A stretch of DNA of 64,000 bases from an uncultured Verrucomicrobiae bacterium (GCA_963702845.1 OY969763.1:2368001-2432000); one strand, 5' to 3'; positions 10,301-20,571 are shown, numbered from the stretch's first letter. The notes: generated from the letters alone by a model not told the origin. Program-made: numbers and translations.

Positions 10301-11175
10301 ACGGCAGCCATGTCGTTCTCAACCCATTCCAGGTGCTAATCAACAACGCGCCAATCAAAGCAAACGTCGACCTCAACCTCGGCGTCCCCGGCTTTGCTTA
10401 TAATCTAACCCTGAACATGGATCGCGTCTCAGTCGGCGCGCTGGCGGACACGTTCATGCCTGCCAGCAAAGGCGCATATCGCGGTGATCTCATCGCGAAT
10501 GCAAACTTCAAAGGACAAGGCACCACCGGCAAAAGCCTGCATGACAATCTGACCGGCCAAGCCAACCTGGTGTTGACGAACGCAAATGTACAGCTGAGTC
10601 TCAGTCGCTTTTGGGGAACAACGTTGAAACTAGTCGCGACCTTGCTTCAAACCCCGGAAATCACTCAATCGCCATTAACTCTGGTGAACGCGAACATCGC
10701 TGCCGGAAATGGACAAGTGAAAATCAACAACACATTCGCCCAAGGCCCTGCGTATCAGGCGACGGTTCAAGGAACCATTCAAATTGCCAATGTGTTGACG
10801 AATTCCCCGGTGAACTTGTCGGTCGATATGAGTCTGGCGAAAAATCTCGCGCAGCGTTCTCATCTCGGTTCTGCGAACTCCGGCAACGGTGCCTATGTTC
10901 CCTTACCGCAGTTTCTGACAATCGAGGGCACCGTTGGACAGCCGAAGGAAAAGATCAACAAACTAGCCCTCGCAGCAACGACTATCGGCGCTGTCACTGG
11001 ATTTATCGGCGGCAAGAACGCCGCTACCCTCCAAGGCGCACTAGATTCATTAACTGGCAACAAACAACAGCAACCCCAAGGCACAACCACCAACGCGCCA
11101 CCAGCCACAAATGCAAACAAACCTACAGTGAACGATTTGATCAAGGGCTTCGGCGGCTTCCTAAAGAAGAAATAA
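7345..11175 (+). CDS. AsmA-like (repeating beta-groove) envelope bridge protein
   Basis: N-terminal TM anchor, AsmA-type 'PVINIVKDADGTSNLD', long amphipathic beta-strand content, AsmA-like C-terminus (IEGTVGQPK). Confidence 0.8.
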   Translation: MATAPSSDRPTKRRGILFKLSMVLLVLVVLVIAAFFVVTSSAFFKGVILPKVGASMNSDITVSSASIGLSEVVLNDLKLVPHGHDQLLQAQLVRTRFSLSDIIGGNIVVHELTLQSPVINIVKDADGTSNLDPLTQQTKTTTEEKKPSTTTETKAKKEQKIDITNVSIKNAQVTMTEKLKGGAQKVTQISNFDFAVDKLQNGAPGKLQISGDAKVDQPGVADSEAGALAAKLAVNFNYKLANDLSPQSADGTAQVQITSATGSMAELSTAAINLNCNLTPTEIQNFALQFQRGGNALGELRVNGPFSVEKKEGRFNVSLLGLDRQVLNFVGATHGIDFNQTKISSTNQVELQQGGNTIAVSGNFDASQFSITKKADNQTTPPLDLHIAYQVTVDQNKQSALLQKLEINGVQNQNEFLTGTLSKPMPVSWGQGAGVPEEAAFNLKVNNLNLADWKSLAGDLAPSGAATLSLNLVSRNAGKQLTLDLSSHLANFAAKFGSNQIANADIQLTAKGQVDDFKKVNLSEYQLQLAQNGQAAATIAGSGTVDTATKAADLKTTVQANLPQLLHIASIPDLSVSSGDVKFDGRIIQTGNTQSLDIQLATVNLSAKSGSNQISNADIQLTAKGQVTDSKKINLSEYKLQLARQGQPAVTIAGSGSVDTSTKSTDVKTTLQASLPQLLHIVSVPNLAISSGDVNFDGHIIQNGNAQTLNGKFGLINLSGNYDKTKLDRLAVQMNADIAMTGADVNIKKLNGNLTQADQPAGNFDVSGTLNLSNKVGQITAKLAGFNERALGPFLAPSLNGKQLVSVQIDGSAAANLQSANSGSVNADLTVTNLLVRDPAHPSTNAPLNAHFAVDGSMQANVFNLKQARIALSPTQRAKNEVELSGQVDISKSNSLMANLTVKSDALDVTEFYDLASKPTTSTSAEHPNAAPAQQAASAAPSTTNPNAEPEPVHLPIGLATVDVNIAHCYVHDLDVAVKGNLKISDGSHVVLNPFQVLINNAPIKANVDLNLGVPGFAYNLTLNMDRVSVGALADTFMPASKGAYRGDLIANANFKGQGTTGKSLHDNLTGQANLVLTNANVQLSLSRFWGTTLKLVATLLQTPEITQSPLTLVNANIAAGNGQVKINNTFAQGPAYQATVQGTIQIANVLTNSPVNLSVDMSLAKNLAQRSHLGSANSGNGAYVPLPQFLTIEGTVGQPKEKINKLALAATTIGAVTGFIGGKNAATLQGALDSLTGNKQQQPQGTTTNAPPATNANKPTVNDLIKGFGGFLKKK
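8824..9470 (+). repeat. Intragenic tandem duplication, 339-bp (113-aa) unit
   Basis: AKFGSNQIANADIQLTAKGQV at 8824 and AKSGSNQISNADIQLTAKGQV at 9163; similarity continues to DGRIIQTGNTQ / DGHIIQNGNAQ. Confidence 0.9.
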
Positions 11176-11196
11176 AAGCAGCACAGGACTGTCGTA

Positions 11197-11237
11197 TTTG
11201 GTGCTTGGAGGTTGGAGCTTCTCTGGAGCTTGAATCT
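11197..11237. repeat. Short TTGGAGC-type heptamer repeat between convergent genes
   Basis: tttggtgc ttggagg ttggagc ttctctggagc ttgaatct. Confidence 0.6.
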
Positions 11238-11249
11238 CGACGCTTTTAA

Positions 11250-11930
11250 TTAGCTCCTCAACACCTCAGTCACACTAATCGCCGCCAAATCCTCCGCCGC
11301 CCAATCCGCCTCGTGCTCACGCAACTGCGCAACGCTGAACGATCCCGTAGCAACGGCCAAAACCTTAGCCCCAATCGACCGCGCGCAGCGAATATCCAAC
11401 GGCGTATCCCCAATCACCAGCACCTCATCGTTGCGCACTGGTTTCCTAAAATGTTTTTCCCCACGCTCCCGCGCAGCTGCCGCGATACCATTACGATCCT
11501 CATGATCATCCGCGAACCCGCCGAATGCGAACCGCTCCCATATTCCGAATTTGTTCAGCTTAATCTGAGCGCCTCGTTTAATATTGCCTGTTAACAATCC
11601 AACCGCCGGCTTCTCCTCCAGCAGCTGCATTTGCGCGAAAAAATTGTCCACACCGTGAAAGACGCCGCCATCGCAATCGGCGACCATCTTTTCCAGCCAA
11701 TGAAGATACACCTCGAAATAACGTGAAAAATGTTCCGGCGTCGGATCAATCTTGTGGAGATTGAAAAACTCACGCACCAGCGACACATCCGTGCGCCCGG
11801 CAAACTTCAAGTTTTCCGAACCGTCATGCAGTCCAAACTCTTCGGAAAACGCGCGCGCAAACGCCTTCACCCCTGCCCCACCGGTGTGAATGAGCGTGCC
11901 ATCGATATCAAAAAGAACTACTCGAATCAT
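11250..11930 (-). CDS. HAD family hydrolase (phosphoglycolate phosphatase-like)
   Basis: LFDIDGTL, LLTGN, VIGDTPLD. Confidence 0.9.
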   Translation of the reverse strand: MIRVVLFDIDGTLIHTGGAGVKAFARAFSEEFGLHDGSENLKFAGRTDVSLVREFFNLHKIDPTPEHFSRYFEVYLHWLEKMVADCDGGVFHGVDNFFAQMQLLEEKPAVGLLTGNIKRGAQIKLNKFGIWERFAFGGFADDHEDRNGIAAAARERGEKHFRKPVRNDEVLVIGDTPLDIRCARSIGAKVLAVATGSFSVAQLREHEADWAAEDLAAISVTEVLRS

Positions 11931-11964
11931 TAGTCAGGAAGAATTAATAAGTAAGCTGTAAGAA

Positions 11965-12765
11965 GTGCAACGCCAAACCAAAATCATTCGATGGCAAGAC
12001 GGCAAGGCTCCAACCGCCGAAACCGACGCCGTCGCCTGCGAAGAACCGTTGGAAATCCGCATCGATAACCAACCCGTCACCGTGACCATGCGCACACCAG
12101 GCCATGACGACGAACTCGCCGCCGGTTTTCTACTAACCGAAGGCATCCTCGCGAAACGCGAACACATTGCAAAAATCGAACCCTACCCGCGCAACCGCGA
12201 CAAAAACGTTCTCAACGTTTTTTTGGCTCCCGACGTCGAAGTCGATTTCAAACGCCTGACGCGCCATGTCTTTGTCTCCTCGAGTTGCGGATTATGCGGC
12301 AAGAGCAGCATTGAGGCAGTGCAACAACACTTCCCAAAAATCAAAAGCAAAACAAACGTCTCCGCCAAAATCCTTCAGGACCTTCCCGCAAAAATCCGCG
12401 CAAACCAGGTCACCTTCGACAAAACCGGCGGACTCCACGCCGCCGCGATTTTCGATAGCACTGGCAATCTCATCGTCATCCGCGAGGACGTCGGCCGCCA
12501 CAACGCCGTCGACAAAGTCCTCGGCCACGCCCTACTCAACAATCTCTATCCGCTCGACAAACATATCCTCCTCGTCAGCGGTCGCGCCTCCTTCGAAATC
12601 ATGCAAAAAGCATTAGCCGGACGCATCCCCATCATCGCGGCCGTCTCCGCTCCGTCCAGCCTCGCCGTCGATTTCGCGCAAGAGAGCGGCCAAACCTTAA
12701 TTGGCTTCCTACGCGAAGGACGCATGAACATATACTCCCACCCGAAGCGAATCGTTTCCCCGTAG
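11965..12765 (+). CDS. fdhD: Formate dehydrogenase accessory sulfurtransferase
   Basis: EEPLEI, MRTPG, SSCGLCG, TGGLHAAA, REDVGRHNAVDK, SAPSSLA. Confidence 0.95.
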   Translation: MQRQTKIIRWQDGKAPTAETDAVACEEPLEIRIDNQPVTVTMRTPGHDDELAAGFLLTEGILAKREHIAKIEPYPRNRDKNVLNVFLAPDVEVDFKRLTRHVFVSSSCGLCGKSSIEAVQQHFPKIKSKTNVSAKILQDLPAKIRANQVTFDKTGGLHAAAIFDSTGNLIVIREDVGRHNAVDKVLGHALLNNLYPLDKHILLVSGRASFEIMQKALAGRIPIIAAVSAPSSLAVDFAQESGQTLIGFLREGRMNIYSHPKRIVSP

Positions 12766-12789
12766 CAGCTTCAAATTTAACTTTCATTC

Positions 12790-12822
12790 CTTTGCGCCTT
12801 TGCCTCTTTGCGCCTTTGCGTT
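12790..12822. repeat. Octamer tandem repeat CTTTGCGC x4
   Basis: ctttgcgc ctttgcct ctttgcgc ctttgcgt between fdhD and miaB. Confidence 0.75.
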
Positions 12823-12837
12823 AAAGTTTCCGTCCCG

Positions 12838-14187
12838 ATGCCACGCGTATTTATCAAAACCTACGGCTGCCAGATGAACGAGCGCGACTCCGAAGCCGTC
12901 GCCGCTCAGCTCGTCGCCAAAGGTTACGAAATCGTCGCCACCGAGGCGACCGCCGACGTCATTCTGCTCAACACCTGCAGCGTGCGCGATATGGCCGAGC
13001 AAAAAGCCATCAACAAAATGGAGAACCTCGCCGGTCAAACGCGCAAGAAACGCGACGTCGTGTTGGGCTTTATGGGTTGCATGGCGCAAAGCCGCGGGCA
13101 ACAACTCATCGATCAACTGCCCGACGTTGATCTCGTTCTCGGCACACAAAAATTTCATCGCGCCGCTGAATATCTCGACGAACTTCTCGCCGGCAAACGC
13201 GACAAGATCGTCGACACCGCCGAAGAAGCCGGCAGCGAAGGCACGATTAAAGAACATCTCCTCCTCGGCAGCTCCGAACGCAAATCGGTCAGCGCCTTCG
13301 TCAGCATCATGCAAGGCTGCAACCAATACTGCACCTTCTGCATCGTCCCCTACACCCGCGGCGAAGAACGTAGCCGCACCATTGCCGACATCGTCGCCGA
13401 GTGCCGCAAGCTCGTCGAAGGCGGCGTGCGGGAAATCACGCTACTCGGCCAAATCGTCACCAGCTTCGGCAAGCGCGAAATTGCCGCCGTCAGCGGCAAG
13501 TCAGCTTTCGTCCAACTCCTCGACGCCGTTCACGACATCGACGGCCTGGAACGCATCCGTTTCACAAGCCCACACCCGAAAGGCTACGGCGACGATCTGG
13601 TCGAAGCTTACGGTCGCCTCCCGAAACTTTGCCAGAGTGCTCACATTCCTCTGCAAAGCGGCAGCGACCGCGTGCTCAAGCTCATGCACCGCAGTTACAC
13701 CCGCGAACGTTTCGTCGGCATCATCGAGAAGCTGCGCAAAGTCAAACCCGACATCGGCCTCACCACCGACATCATCGTCGGCTTCCCCGGCGAAACCGAA
13801 GAAGACTTCGAACAAACGTTGGCACTCTGCCGCGAAGTCGAATTCGACAATTCCTATCTCTTCAAATACTCGCAACGCCGCGACACTCCCGCCGCCGCGA
13901 TGCCCGATCAACTAACCGAGGAATTGAAAGAAGAACGGCACGCGCGCATTTTGGAATTGATCAACGACATCGGTGCCCGGCGCTATCGCGGGCATGTCGG
14001 CCAACAAATGCAAATTCTGGCCGAAGGCCCCAGCCGCAACAACGCCGAGCGGATGATGGGCCGAACCCGTTGCAACAAAATCGTGATCTTCGAAGGAAGC
14101 CCCCGCCATCAGGCCCAATTGCTCGACGTAAAAATCACCCGCGCCAGCCTCTTCACCCTCTACGGCGATCCGGCGATTTTGGGGTGA
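12838..14187 (+). CDS. miaB: tRNA-2-methylthio-N6-dimethylallyladenosine synthase
   Basis: TYGCQMN, NTCSVR, GCMAQ, CNQYCTFC radical SAM motif, IVGFPGETEEDF, TRAM domain; ATG at 12838. Confidence 0.96.
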   Translation: MPRVFIKTYGCQMNERDSEAVAAQLVAKGYEIVATEATADVILLNTCSVRDMAEQKAINKMENLAGQTRKKRDVVLGFMGCMAQSRGQQLIDQLPDVDLVLGTQKFHRAAEYLDELLAGKRDKIVDTAEEAGSEGTIKEHLLLGSSERKSVSAFVSIMQGCNQYCTFCIVPYTRGEERSRTIADIVAECRKLVEGGVREITLLGQIVTSFGKREIAAVSGKSAFVQLLDAVHDIDGLERIRFTSPHPKGYGDDLVEAYGRLPKLCQSAHIPLQSGSDRVLKLMHRSYTRERFVGIIEKLRKVKPDIGLTTDIIVGFPGETEEDFEQTLALCREVEFDNSYLFKYSQRRDTPAAAMPDQLTEELKEERHARILELINDIGARRYRGHVGQQMQILAEGPSRNNAERMMGRTRCNKIVIFEGSPRHQAQLLDVKITRASLFTLYGDPAILG

Positions 14188-14211
14188 GAAGGCATATCTG
14201 CTCTCCCAATT

Positions 14212-14553
14212 TCAGTCTGAAACCGCTGTCCGCTGCCCGCTTCGCCTCCACGATTCCCAAGCCAGAACGAGAAGATACTGAGCAATCCAGCCGAGCATTA
14301 AGGCAGGAACGGCGCTCCAAAACAAAGTCTCCACAAAGAAATTCCAGATGTCAGATGTGACTCTAAAGCTAGTCTGATGGAGGTAGTGAGTGAGATAACC
14401 CCAGTCTGATATCGTCCAGCCTTTGACATCGCGCGGTCTCACCCAACTATAGACAATCGGAGGCATACTAAGAACCATCCAAAGCCACCAATTAATTCTT
14501 AGTTTGCGACGAAGGTTCATATGAGTTGAAAGCTCCGGAGCTCTCACCATCAA
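14212..14553 (-). CDS. Small hypothetical membrane protein (start may be 14520)
   Basis: Trp-rich ORF with two hydrophobic segments; fills the gap between miaB and the S53 gene; lower GC by eye. Confidence 0.5.
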   Translation of the reverse strand: MMVRAPELSTHMNLRRKLRINWWLWMVLSMPPIVYSWVRPRDVKGWTISDWGYLTHYLHQTSFRVTSDIWNFFVETLFWSAVPALMLGWIAQYLLVLAWESWRRSGQRTAVSD

Positions 14554-14664
14554 GGCTCAAGCCCCGAAGCCACGTTAGCCTTACGGCGCGCAGTTGACGA
14601 CTATTTCCGTGGAGGTTTTCAGAGATAATAGACACGCATGGATCGTTTGGTTGAGCGTGTGCCC

Positions 14665-17442
14665 TCACGGCAGCGTCATCAGAACTCGATAAAACCGCGC
14701 CGGACCATTTAGCGGTAGTGAAACGTGCACGACATCGTTCGTCGCCAATATCGAACTGCCCACATTCCCCCAGCTATTCGAGGTCAGAGTAGTGGAAGAT
14801 TGGATTTGGTAAGAAGTATTCAGGAGGGCTGTCCAATTAAACGCTACGTTGCCACCGCCCACCGCTGCGGAATATAGAACCGGCGCAGGAAGCGCTTGCA
14901 CAGTCACATCATCGAGCCCAAATGCACCCGGCGTGTTGTTGAAATCAAATTCCAATGTCCCGCTGGTCCCCGACGGATAAACGATATACTGCATGTTCGT
15001 CCAACCGAACACCGCGAGATTCGTGCCCGTGAAAAGAGTCGCACCATTCCATTTCGCTGCGAAGCCGTTTGGCGTGGTATTGCCTCCATCGTCGGGAACA
15101 CCCGTCAGCGAGTACCAGATCAGCAATGGTTGGCCCGGAACCGTCGGAACGGTCTGCGACAATTTCCCATTATCAGGCCATTGCCCCAGGTAACCGCCAT
15201 AAAGTCCGGACCGAACGAACAACGTATCCGCCTTTCCCGGCAACGCCTGTTGTCCCGCAATTTCAGCATCATCGGCCGCAAGCGCGAAAGTAAGACTCGT
15301 ATCCCCAACGAGAGTCCAGTAATCAAGCGCGCCATTTTCAAATCCACCGTTGCCCACGTACAAATCAAATTGCCGATTCTGCGTCGTGCCGGCGGGGACG
15401 TTGTTGAAAGCAACGTTGCCGCTGGCGTGCGTGATCAAAAAGCTATTCGCATTCGCGTTGAGGCTCACCGTCACCGTCGTGCTGGCACCAGGATTCAACG
15501 TGCCGCCCGTCGCCGAAACATTCAGCCAATTCGCACTATTGTTCACACTCCACGTCAAAGCCGTCGAACCCGTGTTCGCGAGGGTGAAAGTCTGCCCCGT
15601 GACGCTAAATGGGCCGCCACTTTTGCCAAACGAAGTGAAACCTAGCGGAGACGTGACCCGCAATGTCTCCGAAGGCGGCGCCAGCAGCGCATTGAACAGA
15701 TTCGTGCTGATCGTTCCCAATCCCGTGCAAAGATCATAACCAGCGACAGCGGAATACTTCGTCGGGCTCGCTGCATTCGTGTTCCTACCGGTCGTGATGT
15801 CGTGGAAGCTCGAGAGATAATTCGTGCTCTTGCCGATCGCATAAAGCACCGGATTCATAAAGCCAATCGGCGGCTTACCGTCCGCCGCAGCCTGTTGATT
15901 CACCAGCGCCATGAAACCGGCCCACAACGGCGCGGCCAGACTCGTGCCCACCAGTGGAAAATCAATTGGGTCAAAAAACTCATAACCCCAGGTAACAGTG
16001 ATGTTGTCGGCTACCAATGCGACGTCCGGCACGTTGCGCATGGTTGAAGAACCTTGATTGGCCGCCATGTTGATACCTTGTTGCCATGACGGAATAGGGT
16101 AAGTCATGCTCACACCACCGCCCGATGCATACTCCGGCGAGCCCTGTGACGGATCAGCGGGTGTGAGCCAAACTGTTTCCGATTTGTAGAATCCGTTGGT
16201 ATCCGTCGTCAGTGAGGTTCCTCCGACAACCGTGATGTAAGGATCATCAGCCGGTTCATCAGTTGCCGACGTAAACGCACCGGAATCGCCGCTCGCCAGG
16301 AAAAAGCTCTGACCTTGCGCCGCGTATTGTTGGAAGATCTGCACTGTCGAAAGATTGATATCCATCCCGTACGAACAACTCAGTTGTTTGGCCTGATTAT
16401 CCGTAGCCATCCGATTCAGCACATCATTGATCTGGGCTGTCGTTGTCGGGTTCTGGATATAACCCGTCCCAAGCGGAGGCTCATCCAATGGGGTAGGTCC
16501 GATATACACCAAAACTTTGCTTAACGATGGCGCCATCGCGATCGCCATCTCGATATCGCCGGTGGTCTCCAGGGCATAAGACAGGTAACCATCCTGATCA
16601 AGCGCGTTCGAATCATCGTCCGTCCCGCCATCGACTAAAACCGATTCCACGGGGACGTACGGAAAAATAAAGGACTCATCTTCGTAAGCCTCGATATCCT
16701 GGATGGAGTAACCATAAAGTTCAAAAATCCCGACTGACTGTCCCTCGCCCTCCTGCGACAGGTCAGGCACGTAAGCGTCACGGAACTGATACCCTTGGTA
16801 AGGGCCGGTGTAAGTGCCGCTCCCGCCACCGCCTCCACCCCGCGGGCGGATTTTTGGAGACGTGCTCGACCGGTGTATCTTCGGACGCGGTGTCACATAG
16901 TTATCCAAACCACTGATCGCCAGCACCGGCGTCTTCAGCTCCAATGACGGCTCGACATCCGGTGAGAAGAATTCGCGATTCTCTTTCGGATGTTTGAACC
17001 TCTGCAAATGGACGTTAAACGCATTCTCGATGTCCATCACCGAACCGCTGACATCAACCAGCGTGCGGTTGGGATGCGCGTGGGTGACTTTCAGGTGATG
17101 GGCTTTCGCGAATTCAACCACCGACTGGTAATCCTCCGCGCTCGGCCCAAACGAAGCCGCAAACTCATTTGCTGTCAGAAAATGGCGAAAGTTCGGGCTG
17201 GACGGATTATAAACGTCTTCGAGGAGGTTTGTGAGCTGCTCCCGATTGCGCAACGGCAAACCGATCGTCACCTCCATGTGATGATTGGCCTCGAGCCTGC
17301 CCAGAGGGGAAAGTTTCTTTGTAATGTTGCGGACATGGCCGTGGAGCACCTGCGGTTGATCAGCCCCGGTTGCCGACGCGAATGGAACAGCCAGTGCCGA
17401 CAAAAGTGCTACGCCGAGAAGGATTTCTAATTTCATGTTCAT
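14665..17442 (-). CDS. Secreted S53 (sedolisin/kumamolisin) peptidase with prodomain, BACON-like and CBM-like domains and C-terminal RFYRV domain
   Basis: Prodomain (PSSPNFRHFLT..EFAASFGP), ETTGDIE, ASGDSG, RNVPDVA, GTSLAAPLWAG, GYDLCTGLG. Confidence 0.92.
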   Translation of the reverse strand: MNMKLEILLGVALLSALAVPFASATGADQPQVLHGHVRNITKKLSPLGRLEANHHMEVTIGLPLRNREQLTNLLEDVYNPSSPNFRHFLTANEFAASFGPSAEDYQSVVEFAKAHHLKVTHAHPNRTLVDVSGSVMDIENAFNVHLQRFKHPKENREFFSPDVEPSLELKTPVLAISGLDNYVTPRPKIHRSSTSPKIRPRGGGGGGSGTYTGPYQGYQFRDAYVPDLSQEGEGQSVGIFELYGYSIQDIEAYEDESFIFPYVPVESVLVDGGTDDDSNALDQDGYLSYALETTGDIEMAIAMAPSLSKVLVYIGPTPLDEPPLGTGYIQNPTTTAQINDVLNRMATDNQAKQLSCSYGMDINLSTVQIFQQYAAQGQSFFLASGDSGAFTSATDEPADDPYITVVGGTSLTTDTNGFYKSETVWLTPADPSQGSPEYASGGGVSMTYPIPSWQQGINMAANQGSSTMRNVPDVALVADNITVTWGYEFFDPIDFPLVGTSLAAPLWAGFMALVNQQAAADGKPPIGFMNPVLYAIGKSTNYLSSFHDITTGRNTNAASPTKYSAVAGYDLCTGLGTISTNLFNALLAPPSETLRVTSPLGFTSFGKSGGPFSVTGQTFTLANTGSTALTWSVNNSANWLNVSATGGTLNPGASTTVTVSLNANANSFLITHASGNVAFNNVPAGTTQNRQFDLYVGNGGFENGALDYWTLVGDTSLTFALAADDAEIAGQQALPGKADTLFVRSGLYGGYLGQWPDNGKLSQTVPTVPGQPLLIWYSLTGVPDDGGNTTPNGFAAKWNGATLFTGTNLAVFGWTNMQYIVYPSGTSGTLEFDFNNTPGAFGLDDVTVQALPAPVLYSAAVGGGNVAFNWTALLNTSYQIQSSTTLTSNSWGNVGSSILATNDVVHVSLPLNGPARFYRVLMTLP

Positions 17443-17600
17443 AGCAAAGCACGCTCGCCGCACCGCAAAAAGTCACTCCCGTAAATCAGCCTTGATGCTA
17501 CCCGCAAACCAAAAACGAATCAACGAATACACGCATCAGAAGTTGCTGATAGTTTCATCATTGCGAACACCCGCGTTTTATGTTCCCTTTCCGACGACTT

Positions 17601-18146
17601 ATGACAGTCAAACTGTCCATACTCGCAATTTGCCTGGGATTATTGGTGGCGCTCGTCAACCTCGCCGGACTCTTGATGCCCGCGCCCGTGACCGCGTTCG
17701 CGCGCAAATTTCCGCGCAACACCGCCATCGGTTACGTCCTCATGCTCATCGGCACCCTTTGGTTTCTCTACAACGTCAGCATCGAATCGCTCGCAGATTT
17801 CGAATCGATGAAGAAATTCCTTTTCGGCCTCTTCGTCGCCATCGCCATCGGCACCTGCATCTTCGTAAAAGATTTCCTGGCCGTGCGCGGGTTGGCGATT
17901 GTCATGCTGCTTCTCGGCAAGCTCATCGTCGACAGTGCGCGTTGGGTTGATTCTGATTGGCGATTGGTCATGGTCGTTTGGGCTTACCTTATGATCATCG
18001 CCGGCATGTGGCTGACGGTTTCGCCCTGGCGATTGCGCGACGCGATCAACTACAGCACCGCAAACGAAAAACGCCTTCGGATGTTAAGCGCTGCCCGGCT
18101 CGCCTTTGGCGTGCTCGTCGCCATCCTTGGTTTTGTGGTATTCTAA
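17601..18146 (+). CDS. Hypothetical integral membrane protein
   Basis: About six hydrophobic segments; first gene of a three-gene + strand run. Confidence 0.75.
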   Translation: MTVKLSILAICLGLLVALVNLAGLLMPAPVTAFARKFPRNTAIGYVLMLIGTLWFLYNVSIESLADFESMKKFLFGLFVAIAIGTCIFVKDFLAVRGLAIVMLLLGKLIVDSARWVDSDWRLVMVVWAYLMIIAGMWLTVSPWRLRDAINYSTANEKRLRMLSAARLAFGVLVAILGFVVF

Positions 18147-18155
18147 TGTGATTGG

Positions 18156-18941
18156 ATGTCCCTCTCATTCACTTTTCTAGGCTCAGGCACTTCGCAAGGC
18201 GTGCCACTCATCGGCAAAGAGTATCCACCTGAGTTTCTCGCCAACCCAAAAAACAATCGCCTTCGTCCGTCCATCTACGTCGCCAGCGACAAGACCAAAC
18301 TGGTCGTCGACACCACGCCGGAGTTTCGCATCCAAATGTTGCGTGAGAAAATCATGTGGCTCGACGCCGTCGTCTTTACCCACTCGCACGCCGACCACAT
18401 CATGGGTTTGGACGACTGCCGTCGGTTCTGCGATATCCGCGAAGGTCGCCTGCCGATTTACGCGAACGAAGCAACCATGAACGATCTGAGACGCGTGTTT
18501 CGCTATGCGTTTATCGACGAGCCCATTCCCAAGGGCTACTTCATGCCCGACCCGCACATCGTCGATGGTCCGTTCACGATCGGCGATTTAGAACTGCAAC
18601 CGCTCGTTTTGCCACACGGCCGCGCGACCACGAACGGCTACTTGTTCATTCAAAACGGCAAGAAACAGTTCGCCTACATGAGCGATTGCAAAGAAGTGCC
18701 GCCGGATGTCATCGAAAAAGTCCGCGGCTGCGATGTGGTGGTTCTCGATGCGTTGCGCCGCAACGTTCATCCAACTCACATGTGCCTCGACGAAGCGCTC
18801 ACCGCTGCACGCCGCATTGCGGCGAAGCGGACCTATTTCACTCACCTCACCCACGACTACGATCACGACCTCGCCCAGGCTGAATTGCCGGACGGGGTTT
18901 GGTTTGCCTACGACGGGCTCAAAGTGCAGATTGCGTCGTGA
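18156..18941 (+). CDS. MBL-fold metallohydrolase, PhnP-like
   Basis: [46 protein letters not shown]. Confidence 0.9.
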   Translation: MSLSFTFLGSGTSQGVPLIGKEYPPEFLANPKNNRLRPSIYVASDKTKLVVDTTPEFRIQMLREKIMWLDAVVFTHSHADHIMGLDDCRRFCDIREGRLPIYANEATMNDLRRVFRYAFIDEPIPKGYFMPDPHIVDGPFTIGDLELQPLVLPHGRATTNGYLFIQNGKKQFAYMSDCKEVPPDVIEKVRGCDVVVLDALRRNVHPTHMCLDEALTAARRIAAKRTYFTHLTHDYDHDLAQAELPDGVWFAYDGLKVQIAS

Positions 18942-20488
18942 AATTTTGGACATTCCTATTTTCCACAATCGTTGCCCTTAGCTCGTTTGCAGTAAACGAC
19001 GGCAATGACGTTGTCGTCGTCTACAACTCGGCGATGGCTGAATCCAAAGACGTCGCCGAACACTACGCCAGCATGCGCGGCGTGCCTGCGTCGCAAGTGT
19101 TGGGAATACCACTTCCCCGCACCGAGGTCATGTCTCGCGCGCAATACCGCGAACAATTACAACAGCCATTGCTCAAATTTGTTGAGAACCAAAAGCTGTT
19201 CACGTTCGAGCGCTCGAAAGTTTCCGAAGCAACCGTGCGCTACATCGTCCTCTGTTACGGCGTCCCACTAAAAATCGCTGCCGATCCAACGATTACGGAA
19301 AAAATCGACCCGAAACTCAAAGGCGACCAGCGCAACAATGGCGCCGCCGTTGATTCCGAATTAGCAACCCTGCCTTCCGTCTATCAGAACCTTGTTCTAG
19401 CCGGACCGCTACAAAACCCCATTTATCGCACGACCAACTCAGCCGCGATCAGTCCCACCAACGGCATCATCATGGTCGCACGTCTGGACGGCCCATCCGT
19501 CGAGATCGCGCGCTCGCTCGTGGACAAAGCCGTGCAAGCTGAGCGCGACGGCCTGTGGGGTCGCGCTTACATCGACATGCGCGGAATAACTAACGGTCCC
19601 TTCGCCGAGTACGACACAAACTTCCTTGTCGCCGCCGAAGCTGCACAGCGCAGCGGATTCGAGACCGTTGTCGACAAAAGCCCCAACACATTCCCGGCAT
19701 CGTTTCCAATGAGCCAAATTGCGCTCTACGCCGGATGGTACGACGAAAACGTTTCCGGCCCGTTCACCCGTAAGAATGTTGAATTCATGCCAGGCGCGTT
19801 TGCGTATCATTTGCATTCCTTCGATGCCCAAACGCTACGTTCCACGAACACGCATTGGGCCGGCCCGTTTCTGGCCCAGGGTGTCGCGGCGACGATGGGA
19901 GCGGTCGACGAACCTTACCTCAGCGGCTTACCTGACGCGGCGGTGTTTTTCACCCGTTGGTTGCTGTTGCACATGACCTATGGCGAATCGGCTTACAGTT
20001 CGTTCGTGACCGTTTCGTGGCAAGGGACAGTCATCGGCGATCCGCTTTACAACCCGTTCCGCAAACCTGCTCAGCAACTCCACGAAGAACTCGCTAAACG
20101 CGGCAGCAAACTTCTCGAGTGGTCGCACCTCAGAGTTATCAATCTCAACACTGCAATGGGAACACCCGTGCGCGAATTGGTCCAATATCTCAATCAGGAG
20201 CCAACGACCAAAACAAGTGCCGTGCTTTCCGAAAAACTGGGCGATTTTTATAGCGATCAAGGCAAACCGGAATCGGCTATTTTTCAATATCGCCAGGCAC
20301 TAAAACTGAGTCCCTCACCTCAACATGAAGTCCGGTTGCGCCTGAACTTAATCCAGAAACTGATTGCTGCCGGCAAACACGATGAGGCGGTTGCTGAATT
20401 CGAAGAATTCCGCAAACACTGCCGCGACTATCCGGACATGGCCGCGCTGGAGCAACAGGTGCTCACAAAACAGAGTCCCGCGCGTTAG
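18938..20488 (+). CDS. TIGR03790-like exported protein with C-terminal TPR
   Basis: GTG start overlaps upstream [62 protein letters not shown]. Confidence 0.8.
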   Translation: MKFWTFLFSTIVALSSFAVNDGNDVVVVYNSAMAESKDVAEHYASMRGVPASQVLGIPLPRTEVMSRAQYREQLQQPLLKFVENQKLFTFERSKVSEATVRYIVLCYGVPLKIAADPTITEKIDPKLKGDQRNNGAAVDSELATLPSVYQNLVLAGPLQNPIYRTTNSAAISPTNGIIMVARLDGPSVEIARSLVDKAVQAERDGLWGRAYIDMRGITNGPFAEYDTNFLVAAEAAQRSGFETVVDKSPNTFPASFPMSQIALYAGWYDENVSGPFTRKNVEFMPGAFAYHLHSFDAQTLRSTNTHWAGPFLAQGVAATMGAVDEPYLSGLPDAAVFFTRWLLLHMTYGESAYSSFVTVSWQGTVIGDPLYNPFRKPAQQLHEELAKRGSKLLEWSHLRVINLNTAMGTPVRELVQYLNQEPTTKTSAVLSEKLGDFYSDQGKPESAIFQYRQALKLSPSPQHEVRLRLNLIQKLIAAGKHDEAVAEFEEFRKHCRDYPDMAALEQQVLTKQSPAR

Positions 20489-20571
20489 CAGGCAGCTGTT
20501 ACCCTTAGCTTCGATTCCAGCAATCGACAAAAACCGCTTGCTCACGCACGCGGCTCTGTTCCCGACTCGCC

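Noticed and set aside
11965..12765. Formate dehydrogenase or selenocysteine locus
   Set aside because: No fdh structural genes or in-frame TGA seen
13127..14360. Long alternative-frame ORFs over miaB (also 37779..38735 and 61711..62571)
   Set aside because: GC/codon-bias shadows of well-supported genes; no protein motifs
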